Source of the DNA: Andalucia godoyi And28
Taxonomy: Eukaryota > Protista > Jakobida
Length of the DNA stretch: 29,313 bases
Direction of reading: 5' to 3'
NCBI GenBank assembly: GCA_009859145.1
Contig: VRVR01000045.1
Span: forward strand, 1 to 29,313
How positions within the stretch are numbered: position 1 is the first letter of the stretch; each line of letters starts with the position of its first letter. Position numbers and translations under genes: made by a program. Positions 9,198 through 18,225 of this stretch are shown piece by piece. Below the pieces are notes generated by a model that saw nothing but the letters and a program-made list of their open reading frames with translations, was not told the origin of the DNA and did no database searches.

Positions 9198-10202
9198 TTA
9201 ATAAAGTTCAAAAAAATTCGTCAACAACTGGCATGTAGTCCCATATCGAAAGGCCGAAAGAATATCTGCAATATCTGCAGCTAAACGATAACGAGCGGCA
9301 AGTCGCTGTTGTTCATGTTGTGTTTGCAATGGCACCTGCGGCTTAAACTTGGCAAACAAATCCACTTGCTGATCGTATGGATCGGCCAAACAGGAAAAGG
9401 AAACGCCCTTGAACAAACACAGAAGAGTACGAATGAGCACTCTTTCCTGCAGATAGCTGTTGTCGGCAAGAGGAAAATCGGCAATCGATGCCATCACTGC
9501 TTGCTTGACGGAAAATGAAGAAACTTGCCTCCAAAACGCACGTTTCTGCACATTTCGCAGATGCTTCACCGTACGAATCACGTCTTGAAAAGCAGGGAAT
9601 GACTGTCAAAAGAAAGAGCGTAAGATTCGATGATGAGGGTATACAAAAGCAGCAAAGAGACATACGCTGACAGCAGCGACGGTTGAACGATGCTCGTCGT
9701 CGAGATGACTATCGTCCCAGGCGCTGTCATTTTGCCGTGAAGGGACTTTCCATTTCCCATCCTTGAAAATTGCGGGCAGCAAGTCATACTCGAATTCTTC
9801 CGTGTCCACAACTTCGACAGACACGCGATTTCTGATCGCACTGTGAATTCCAACCTGTTCACGGACGAATGATGCAAACTGCTTCAATACGGTGCGGGAA
9901 GCCGGCTCTGGAGCAGAAGAGTCCAACATGATACGACAGAGTAGATCCACATCCGATCCAGAGGGAACGTCCAGGCCCTGAATCGAACTGCCGGCTAGCT
10001 TGATCCCTCCCGTCAACTTGTAATTCTTCTGAAGAAACTTTTTTGTCAATTTGCGCTCCGCAACAGGACGGCTGGGAGAAAGAATACGTCTCATGCGGTC
10101 TACGAGCTCGCTACGAGCTTGCTGTTGCTCGGGTCCCAGGCGAAGACGACTGGACACAGGCTTCGGACGCTCTCGAAGAGACTTCAAAACATCGATTGAC
10201 AC
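9198..10202 (-). CDS. cGAS/OAS/SMODS (CD-NTase)-like nucleotidyltransferase; join(9666..10202, 9198..9602), at least 313 codons, true start unresolved
   Basis: NTase motif LAGSSIQGLDVPSGSDVDLL (hGS-x11-DhD) and third acid in EYDLLPA. After the intron, FPAFQDVIRTVKHLRN...SSFSVKQAV...LADPYDQQVDL matches the OAS/CD-NTase C-terminal helical lobe pattern. The track start at 10202 is a GTG directly after an in-frame TGA; the first ATG is at 10094. Confidence 0.82.
9603..9665 (-). other. Predicted spliceosomal intron, 63 nt, phase 0, containing an in-frame TGA
   Basis: Minus strand reads gtcagc|GTATGTctctttgctgc...ctctttcttttgaCAG|tcattccct with a strong pyrimidine tract. It joins ORF 9606..10202 to ORF 9198..9581 in frame. 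Confidence 0.88.
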
Positions 10203-10430
10203 TCAATTTTGAAAGTCGTCGGCAAAGTCCCTACACTTCTTCAAGAACTCATCCACATGTTCTTCCACATTCTGAAAATCGTTTGCAAATCGGCGACACT
10301 CTTCTGAAAATGGCACCATTTTGTGAGGCTGCGATTTCGAGAAAACAAAATGTCGAGGCTTTGGTTTCTGGTCAGAAGAAACAGTCAACCGGGTCTTTTT
10401 CTCGGTGATTCGGACCCCGGTCTCTTTCAT
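10203..10430 (-). CDS. Short 75-aa ORF in frame with the NTase; possibly its N-terminal part
   Basis: ATG start. It contains an internal duplicated motif CRRFANDFQN / CRDFADDFQN, and its TGA is immediately followed by the NTase frame. Confidence 0.35.
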   Translation of the reverse strand: MKETGVRITEKKTRLTVSSDQKPKPRHFVFSKSQPHKMVPFSEECRRFANDFQNVEEHVDEFLKKCRDFADDFQN

Positions 10431-10518
10431 TACGTCAGGATCTCCGACGAAACTAAGCTGCTGGGAAAAGAGCGTTTATTTCCATCCATCCGAGTCCACC
10501 GTTTCACAAACATCACGT

Positions 10519-13500
10519 TTATTGTGACATGTAGCTACTCGCGCATCTCTTGAAGAAGTCCAGCGCATCGGAAGGCGGAAGAGCGATCCACGAATTCAGT
10601 AGCGCAATGTACGCCTCCTTGGTTGACCGATTTTCCTGTTTTCGAAGAAGACGCAGCACATCCGAATCGGGATCATTGGGAGCTGGAAACTTTGCGTCAA
10701 TATCCGGGCTTTGGAGAGAGGCAAGTATGACGCAAACATATCCCTGAAACAGTTCCATGAAACTGCTGTCATGCCACTTCTCCAGTGTCGTTTGAGAAGC
10801 AAATACAATTGCTGCTTGCTCGAATGCACACGAGGGTATCTGAAGTTTCAAATGATGTGCCTCCACATGGTTCACCATTTTCAAAACCTTGATGATAGCA
10901 CAAAAGCCCTTGTAAACATTGTTCAGTTCCTCTATGTTCCTACGCGCACCAACGTTCTGGGATACTTTGAAATCGCCATTTTTTCCATCCAGAAGTAGAA
11001 ATTTTCCAGCCAGAGTCTGCAAAGCGGGTAGCAAATCTACTTGAGCAATATCGGGGCTGTGTGGATCTCGAAGAGACACCGAGAATCGAATCTTGCCGTC
11101 AGTACGACAACTATCAACAACAACCGGTTTATGGCCTTTCGACTCCTCCTGAAGGACTTTCTTCAACGCATCGATAAAGAGGTTTCCGAGGAGTCTTACT
11201 TGCTCCGGGTTCACGGGTTGATTGACCGGAGAAGGCCAAGTTGCAACATTCTCTTGACCATCGTACTGGACACGCGTAGCGAGATTGGAGTTCAAGACTA
11301 CTACCACATCCATATCAGGATCGAACAGATTCGTTTGGTTCGCGATACTCCCACACAATACGGGTTCTGGAGTTAGGGTCAATGAGGGCAATTCTGTTGA
11401 ATGGGCTGAACGTAGCACAGCCCATATAGAACAAATCGCAATTCTTAGAGAATCAAAAAACCTGTTAAAACGGTGAAGCCGACTGTTCAGAATGCTTTCA
11501 TCTTGTTTGAGTTGGGACAAAAACTGCCACAAACCAGCATCCTCTCTGGTTTTCCCAATACGCGTAGAACTAAGCAAATTTTGTATTGCGTTCGAACTGT
11601 CTTCAAGAGAACGTGTTACGTGCTTCCGTGAATCAGCGTCTTGTAGTAAGGTCTCTGATCGAATGGACATGCGTTCTGAACCGGCGCCACTCAATGGAAC
11701 GCCAGAATACGGTGCAGAGTTCCCAGAAGGCATGGAGTTCGGATGCATCGGCTCTGGTTGCTTCGTCTTTGACCCTCCAACGATTCTGCGTGGTATTTGA
11801 GCCCCGCGAAACGCTCTTTCTTTCCATTGAAGAATCGATGAATCGTCGAATGGTTCGCCCTTGAAGACAATTTGGTGGAATTCACTGTTGGGGTGCGCAG
11901 CATGCAACTGTTCCAAAAGACCTCGAATTTCCATCCACCGAATTTCGCCATTCGACGTTCGAACCACCAAAAAAAAGAGCGAGGATGACTGACTCCAGTA
12001 TCGATGGTGTCGGAGGTTCCGGATGCGAAGTATTTCCTCGCCATTTGCTTTCGTGTGAAGATGTGAATCGCCCGATTTCAACTGCAGATAGACACGTTGA
12101 CCAGTGGCTTGATGACCATCGTTCTTAAACTCGATTTCCATGTCGATTCCGTGATCCGAAGTCGTGAGCTCGCGGCAGATCTGCCTGGCTTCCGACACCT
12201 TCGCAATGACTTCTCCCACAAGCACCCGTTCCTTGCTTTCATTATCCAGTGCATGGTTTGTTTGATCGTTCAGTTCCGCCACGCGCAAATCAATCTCAGG
12301 ATCAGCAAATTGCTTTTCAATATCATCTTCAAAAGGCATCTTCTCTTCGCACAATGGACAACAAATGTATGTCTTTCCAATCTCTTTCCTTTGTCGAGCG
12401 ATATCATTATCTGACGGTGATCCACAGGTGCACACATAATGGCGAATTCGCACAATGTCTTTTGCATTCTTCTGTTGAAGATGATTGTGAATGAACTGGC
12501 AAAACACAATCTTCTCGCCGATTTCAATCTCGGGATCGAAAAAGACCTCCAGCAACCCGTTTCGCTCCTCGGTACCAGGAGCCAGTTTGAATCCCATAAT
12601 CTTCGAATCACTTTTCTTCGATGAAAATTCAGCAGCACGCATCCAAAGCCCTTTCTTTTTGAACTCGCCTGTGTAGTGCATTCGGATGACCAGAGTTGAA
12701 TAAATGTCATCCGCAGGCCCCGAAAACAAATAGGAGACCAGCAAGGATGCACGGTGAACCAGTGAAGGAGGCTCCATTCGACACAAGGCCGGGAAATACA
12801 AGAACGTTGCATCTCCACGAATTGCTTCTCTCAAGCATATCGTCTGCTTGGTGAACGTATGGTCCAGGCCATGAAGCATCATCCGGTGCTCATGGTCCGA
12901 GACTGACACAGACAACTCGGCTCGATGAACAAAGTCACCGCGCAGCAAATCTTGGTGCGGAAAGCTTCCTCGTTGCTCAGGATCCGAAGACACTGCTTTC
13001 ACTAATTCTTGTCCATACTCGCTCATCAACGATGGACGCAGTAGATAGTACGATGCAAACTGCAGCGGCCATATCAGTCCAACAGCGCACATCATGTTCA
13101 CTACAGCTTTCACGCCGTCATCCGTGCATTGAACGGGGCCAAGACGACTCTTCATCTCGGAGAGCAACTCTTCCAGTGTGATCAGCGACTTTGTTTTCAC
13201 GTCGTCCTTGAAAGCCAGAATTTCCCTGCTTATGTGTTGATACCGATTCGAAGAGGAACTCCATGGAATGTTTTCCCAATTGATACGCTGAACGATTTCT
13301 TGCGAAAGTTCTGCACAGCCTGTGTTTTTCAGGGCACTGGTCTCGAAAATACAATCTACAAAGCCTCTCTTTCGAGCAACAGCAGCGACACTTTCCTTTG
13401 GAACACGCCATCGGCGTGCATCGCAACGACCAGCCACCAGAATCTTCGTTACTGGCTTGTCTTGCATCACGTATGAGACCAGTCGATCCCAATCCGAAAT

Positions 13501-15369
13501 CGTTTCGACAACATTCGATTTTTGAGGATCGACAACGAGGATCACCAAGGATGCGTCGTGCATGAAGAGCTGATGAATCAGCCGTTGATCTGCTTGCCCG
13601 CCAAAATCCCACAACAGAATCTCTCGTTGCGATGTCGAGTCGTTGTTCGAATGATTAGAGCTTAAAGGCCATCTTGTTGACCATGCGCCAACCGTCGAGC
13701 ATCTCCCTGGATCGAACTCATCGTTCGAGAGACGCTGCGCCAATCCCGTTTTTCCTGCCGAGGTGTCACCAACAATGAGCACTTTGGCATTCATGTAAAG
13801 ATGATCGTTACTTGCAGAAGAAGGATTGAAACCCGATCCTGAAGAGCTTTGAGCAAAAATGCTCGTTAAATCCCAATAGTGAAGTGTTGCTATGTTGGAA
13901 CACGAGATTAACTCATTCGGGTTGGTGAACGACCATGTTAAAGCCATCATTGGTGCAAGAGAATACATGGCTGCCAGAACAGAGCCTTGAAAAGCATTCC
14001 AAACGCGAATTTGAAAATTGCGATGACCAGACACAAAACGTGGATCATCCTGGGCATACCACAGAAGGCACAAAACCTCAGACTGAGATTCCAATATTCC
14101 CACCAACTTGTCGTTTTGTAGATCCCAATGGAAGATGCAAGAGGAGGATGCTTTCGACACGACAAGAAGATACCGTTCACAAGGACTCCACGAAACAACT
14201 AACGCTTCAATGGATGAACCCAACGGAAAAGGGCATCGGTGGACAATGCGGGCTCCATTCTCTGCCAAAACATCCCAAGCTACAATAGCGTCAGATGATA
14301 TGGACAACAGATGATGTCCATTCGAAGAACAAAGTAAGGATTGCACTTGAGAATGATGACCAAGCCGGCCCGAATTCACACAGGTCCAATTTTCTGCAGT
14401 GGGAAGCGACGCCACATAGAGTTGACCAATCTTGTCCATCCCATACACTCGATTGTTAAAGGCACATAAAGCAACGAAATCCGTAGGCATGGGTTCAGTG
14501 ACAAGTTTGCAGGAACTTTCTGAATCAAGCGCAGAAACCAGCACTAGGTTTGGTTGCTTCTCCATGAAACCCAGACGCTTGGACAGGAACAGACATTCTT
14601 CACGAGATAGCTTACCATGAGCAACAGATATTGGCACAGAAAGATCAGTTCGTTGAAGCTGAGGGTTCCGTAAAACACGGTGTTTTTCAGCAGATTCCCC
14701 AAGCAAAACAACAAACCACTGCCTTGCATCCTGGAAAAACAAATGCCTTCCATCGAACGAGAAATCTGCCTTCGTAGCACCACCAGACAGTTCTTCTGAA
14801 CAAAAAAGTACTGCCAAAGAACAGCTGATGAGTTGGGATGCAGCAAATGCAGCAGACACGGATATCAAGATTTCCCGTTCAATTTGAGAAGGTCGATTTG
14901 AAACATCGTAGAATTTGACGGTCAAGGCGTGGCGCATTGTCTTGGAACGTTCGTGAACTGGAAAAAATTCTGACAAGCTTTGCGGCAAGAAAGAAGCGAT
15001 AGGAAACTCGTTCACTTCTTTGCTGTCGGCAACTCGGAAAGGTTGCGCTTCGGCATCAAGGGTCTCGATAAACCGTCGAATTCGGACAGCAGATCGACTC
15101 TCATCCGAATAACCCCTGCTGACAAACACAACATGGATCACGTTCCTTTCGTTAAATTTTTCACTCGTGAAAGTCTGATGTATGAATTCTTTCAATGCGA
15201 TTTCATTCGACTCGTCCAACCGTTCATCAACGGCCACCCTATTGTGCCTGAACGAAGACAGGCTGTGCAATCGGATGAAACGGGCGCTTGTCGTCAGCAG
15301 TTCATAACCATTCTTGCTGCACAGCGACCACAAACTTAGAGCGTAGGGTCTCCCACTGAGGTCCGTCAT
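10519..15369 (-). CDS. 1616-aa Roco protein: N-terminal unknown domain - WD40 repeats - Roc GTPase - COR - Cys cluster - DUF4365-like nuclease fold - cGAS/OAS/SMODS-like nucleotidyltransferase
   Basis: Uninterrupted ATG-started ORF. WD40-like units at about 14500-13870 (LLCSSNGHHLLSISSDAIVAWD, VSGHRNFQIRVWN). Roc motifs from about 13794: GDTSAGKT, STVG, LWDFGGQ, LVAGRCD, FETSA. CTCG...CPLC at about 12430-12350. DHGIDMEIEFK...VYLQLKSG at about 12230-11800. NTase LCGSIANQTNLFDPDMDVVV, VDLLPA, IIKVLK...IPSCAFEQ, PAPNDPDSDVL at about 11480-10519. Confidence 0.9.
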   Translation of the reverse strand: MTDLSGRPYALSLWSLCSKNGYELLTTSARFIRLHSLSSFRHNRVAVDERLDESNEIALKEFIHQTFTSEKFNERNVIHVVFVSRGYSDESRSAVRIRRFIETLDAEAQPFRVADSKEVNEFPIASFLPQSLSEFFPVHERSKTMRHALTVKFYDVSNRPSQIEREILISVSAAFAASQLISCSLAVLFCSEELSGGATKADFSFDGRHLFFQDARQWFVVLLGESAEKHRVLRNPQLQRTDLSVPISVAHGKLSREECLFLSKRLGFMEKQPNLVLVSALDSESSCKLVTEPMPTDFVALCAFNNRVYGMDKIGQLYVASLPTAENWTCVNSGRLGHHSQVQSLLCSSNGHHLLSISSDAIVAWDVLAENGARIVHRCPFPLGSSIEALVVSWSPCERYLLVVSKASSSCIFHWDLQNDKLVGILESQSEVLCLLWYAQDDPRFVSGHRNFQIRVWNAFQGSVLAAMYSLAPMMALTWSFTNPNELISCSNIATLHYWDLTSIFAQSSSGSGFNPSSASNDHLYMNAKVLIVGDTSAGKTGLAQRLSNDEFDPGRCSTVGAWSTRWPLSSNHSNNDSTSQREILLWDFGGQADQRLIHQLFMHDASLVILVVDPQKSNVVETISDWDRLVSYVMQDKPVTKILVAGRCDARRWRVPKESVAAVARKRGFVDCIFETSALKNTGCAELSQEIVQRINWENIPWSSSSNRYQHISREILAFKDDVKTKSLITLEELLSEMKSRLGPVQCTDDGVKAVVNMMCAVGLIWPLQFASYYLLRPSLMSEYGQELVKAVSSDPEQRGSFPHQDLLRGDFVHRAELSVSVSDHEHRMMLHGLDHTFTKQTICLREAIRGDATFLYFPALCRMEPPSLVHRASLLVSYLFSGPADDIYSTLVIRMHYTGEFKKKGLWMRAAEFSSKKSDSKIMGFKLAPGTEERNGLLEVFFDPEIEIGEKIVFCQFIHNHLQQKNAKDIVRIRHYVCTCGSPSDNDIARQRKEIGKTYICCPLCEEKMPFEDDIEKQFADPEIDLRVAELNDQTNHALDNESKERVLVGEVIAKVSEARQICRELTTSDHGIDMEIEFKNDGHQATGQRVYLQLKSGDSHLHTKANGEEILRIRNLRHHRYWSQSSSLFFLVVRTSNGEIRWMEIRGLLEQLHAAHPNSEFHQIVFKGEPFDDSSILQWKERAFRGAQIPRRIVGGSKTKQPEPMHPNSMPSGNSAPYSGVPLSGAGSERMSIRSETLLQDADSRKHVTRSLEDSSNAIQNLLSSTRIGKTREDAGLWQFLSQLKQDESILNSRLHRFNRFFDSLRIAICSIWAVLRSAHSTELPSLTLTPEPVLCGSIANQTNLFDPDMDVVVVLNSNLATRVQYDGQENVATWPSPVNQPVNPEQVRLLGNLFIDALKKVLQEESKGHKPVVVDSCRTDGKIRFSVSLRDPHSPDIAQVDLLPALQTLAGKFLLLDGKNGDFKVSQNVGARRNIEELNNVYKGFCAIIKVLKMVNHVEAHHLKLQIPSCAFEQAAIVFASQTTLEKWHDSSFMELFQGYVCVILASLQSPDIDAKFPAPNDPDSDVLRLLRKQENRSTKEAYIALLNSWIALPPSDALDFFKRCASSYMSQ

Positions 15370-15575
15370 TGTGTATCAAGAACAGCATCACAGCAAAAAC
15401 AGCAAAACAAAGCAGGAGAAAAAGAATGTTACTCTAGGAAAGCAACTGGGCTGTGGAAGTCAAGACCAAAGCTTGGGTCCAGACTCGAGAGGCAAGACCC
15501 AAGTCACGTAGGGCAGCCAGCAGACAGCAAGCAGACAGCTGCATGTCGTAGCTGTCGTGTTTTCTGCACTAGTGG

Positions 15576-17810
15576 TGTGAGCCGACCGAAGTCGATTTTA
15601 GGCGAACTCGAGTTCGCATGGCTGCGCATTTCTGTTATATCTCTGTTCCTACTCAATACCAAGGTGCGATTTCGAATATATGCATCGTCCACAACAAGAT
15701 CTCTTTGAATCTCAAAAATCGTCGCTTTTGGCTGCCTTCCTGCAGAGTTGTGTTTTTTGATTAATTAGGTCGTAAAATCATCATTCATTTCTGTTTTTCT
15801 CTGTGCTCTTCATGTATTTGATGCATCGACATGCGCCCGCATCGATGGACTACTCTCAGAAGCAAGATTGTGCATTGGATACACGCTTGGCAGGCATCCA
15901 GCCGATTCTGCATTAGCAACTGTGCATCCAAGTCTTCCGTTATTGCGCAGCCGTTGTGCTCAGAGCACAGAAACAAGCGCGGATTAACGTTCACAACGGT
16001 CAGTTTATGCTACACACATGCTGTACACTAACACTGACATCTGCATCTACGAGGAGCTGCTCAACGGAGCTCTACACTCCTGTGTTCTTCTGTGATATCG
16101 CCGTTTCACGCCTTGTTCTTGAAGAACCGTGCTTGCGCCACTCCCAGCGGACAACAGACAGCCCCATCACGACGCCTGTCGCGCGCTCACCGGTCCAAAG
16201 TGCAACAATGAGACCAAAAACTGAGGATGACAGCACATTTTACATTGAAAAGTACAGCTCACCGATCGCACCAAACGAACTCGCTGATGTCCAGCAGCAC
16301 TGATTCCGCCCCCGCTTTACCCATATCGAGAAACTGTGCAGCCAAAAGCACCGTAGCTATCGGTCCGTCATTAAAAATGCGTGTGTGGTGGTGCCGCAGT
16401 ACGCGCAGGTCGGCGAGAAATGGAAGATGAATGCAGAAACGCACAAGAAAATATCGTTTGGCGGTTTCTGCGCGCAGAATTATAACGATCCGAGAGCGAC
16501 TCAAGTGCGGTGTTGGCGCGCAGACTGGCATAATACAGTGTCTTCAGTAACTCTTGATTTTGTGAAAATGATGAGCTGTTTGCCGATCCTCCTTGTACGC
16601 GGCAACGAGTATCTGTTCGCTTGAGACCTGCATGGAGCTGCTGTGCAATGAAACGGTCATCTCCGCATACAGGCAATCGTCCTGCGGACCCGTTTGCTGC
16701 TGTGGTGTTTTGCACTTGCCGTTTTCTTTTACTTCTGCTCCTGTCCTGATGTCCTTTCAGAGATTGCGTAAACAGAATTTGGATATCTACGACGTGTTTG
16801 CTGCAACCCTCAACAATCGCCACAGCATCCTGCTCCTGATGCAACAGTCGACTTGAGCCTTCAATCGCCGGTGCTTTCGGAATCGCCCATCGACCTGACC
16901 ATCGACACATCTCCTCGGTACTTGGGATCCCCGGAGCAATCGCAATGTGCACCGCCTGCGCCCACCGTCGTCTCTGATTGGAATGGCAATGGCGACCAGG
17001 AAGAACGTAATCAGGCCCATAGTGCCCACAACAGCATTCGAACCAAGGCACAAGAGCGGCTGATGACCACATGGGAAAGCAGGGACAGAAAAGCAAAGGC
17101 GAAGCTCGTCACATTCGAAGAGGGAGCGCCAGTGTATTTCGATGTTCCAGGGGCAAGCAAACTGGCCTCCCGTGAGACAGCCTGGAGTTGTCGCAGAGCG
17201 GATGCGCAACCGAAGAACAGGAAAGCCAATGGATTCGTACAAGGTCCTCTTTGAAGGAAAGCTAGTTGAGCCTGCGATGAAGTCTTCTGCTCTCGTGGCA
17301 CTTGCTCCCAAAGGAACAAACCAAGATGCGCAACTCCGAGCCATGTTCCAAAAATACCAAAGCCAAGAGACAGTGGAAACGATATCCGTCTCCGAAGCTG
17401 GGATGAAGCATTCAACGGGTGTCGAGCCGATATTGTCAAACGATGGACCGCGCTTCTGTAACTGTAGGAGAGCGAAAAAGAAATGCTCCAACTCACACTG
17501 TGCATGCATCAAGAACAACCGTCGGTGCACCGCGCTGTGCCACGACGGCGGCTCGTGCGCGAATGGGTGACCGAAGGTGGCCATCATGAGAATGATGAGT
17601 GCTGCACATATCCTCCTTGCTCAACGACTGCGCACACGCTGCATCTCGCCCTTCCCTCGACATTCTGACATGCTGGGACTTCTGCGACAGCGCGAGGAGC
17701 AGACTACTTGTTATTGAGAACTTACACCGATAAAAAGGAGGGAGAGCAGGCACAAGCTTCCAACATATTCAAAGAACGAGTTCGCATGAAAATCGACTTC
17801 GGTCGTAACA
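15576..17810 (+). mobile_element. Decayed Ginger2/TDD-like DNA transposon, about 2.2 kb, with terminal inverted repeats
   Basis: The left end TGTGAGCCGACCGAAGTCGATTTTAGGCGAACTCG (15576-15610) matches the reverse complement of the right end, TGTTACGACCGAAGTCGATTTTCATGCGAACTCG (17777-17810). There is a perfect 17-bp core (15583-15599 / 17789-17805) and TGT...ACA termini. The element encloses integrase-like fragments. No target-site duplication was seen. Confidence 0.72.
16208..17570 (+). pseudogene. Disrupted Ginger-type integrase/transposase remnant with a C-terminal Cys-rich (CXC-like) domain
   Basis: In-frame stops and frameshifts are present. Remnants include CVVVPQ...H...GG...FVKMMSC (integrase Zn-binding-like), KAQERLM...FEEGAPVYFDVP, PGVV...YKVLFEGKL and CNCRRAKKKCSNSHCACIKNNRRCTALCHDGGSCAN. 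No intact DDE core was recognised. Confidence 0.6.
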
Positions 17811-18225
17811 AATATTTTACGCATGACTCCTGAACGGCGTCGTCCCCAAGAGAGTTTCTTTTGCCAGACTGCTCGCCGTTCGCGACTCTACCAGTCCCCA
17901 GCATTATCTCAGAAAAAGTGCTGTGGACCATTTTGCGTATTTGTCCACTGTAGTAGTCAAGCCGGGAACTCGAAGTGCATCAAAAAGCAAACGTTGTTCT
18001 TCGGAGTTTCCTTGTGTGACCTCGTCACATTCTCTCTTTCTGCACCACTCTTTTCATCCGACCTGAAGTTTGATGATAATGAGGGGAGCTTCACCTGCAA
18101 GCGTGGTGCTCGAAGATGACAAATCACCTGATTTTATTTCTCTTTTCTTTGTAGTTGTGTTTATCGTCTGTGTCGTCAAGCTATGCGTGTTATGTTGTGA
18201 GGATTGTGTTGGCAGCCCAGAAGAA

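Noticed and set aside
10368-10540. Splicing of the Roco gene into the downstream NTase to give one giant protein
   Set aside because: An acceptor-like ttttcccag is present, but there is no convincing phase-compatible donor before the Roco stop, and the TGA at 10203 would remain.
7887-15369. Bacterial contamination or chimera as the source of the operon-like cluster
   Set aside because: The cluster is contiguous with a telomere and eukaryotic genes, and two of its genes need spliceosomal introns of the same style as the kinase gene. Read-level confirmation is still advisable.
15370-15430. Kinetoplastid-style trans-splicing signals upstream of genes
   Set aside because: The pyrimidine tracts before the Roco and HNH starts lack a following AG acceptor, and ordinary cis introns plus frequent strand switches argue against polycistronic trans-splicing.
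15572-17814. Target-site duplication flanking the transposon
   Set aside because: The flanks (GTGG left, AATA right) do not match, so no TSD can be claimed.
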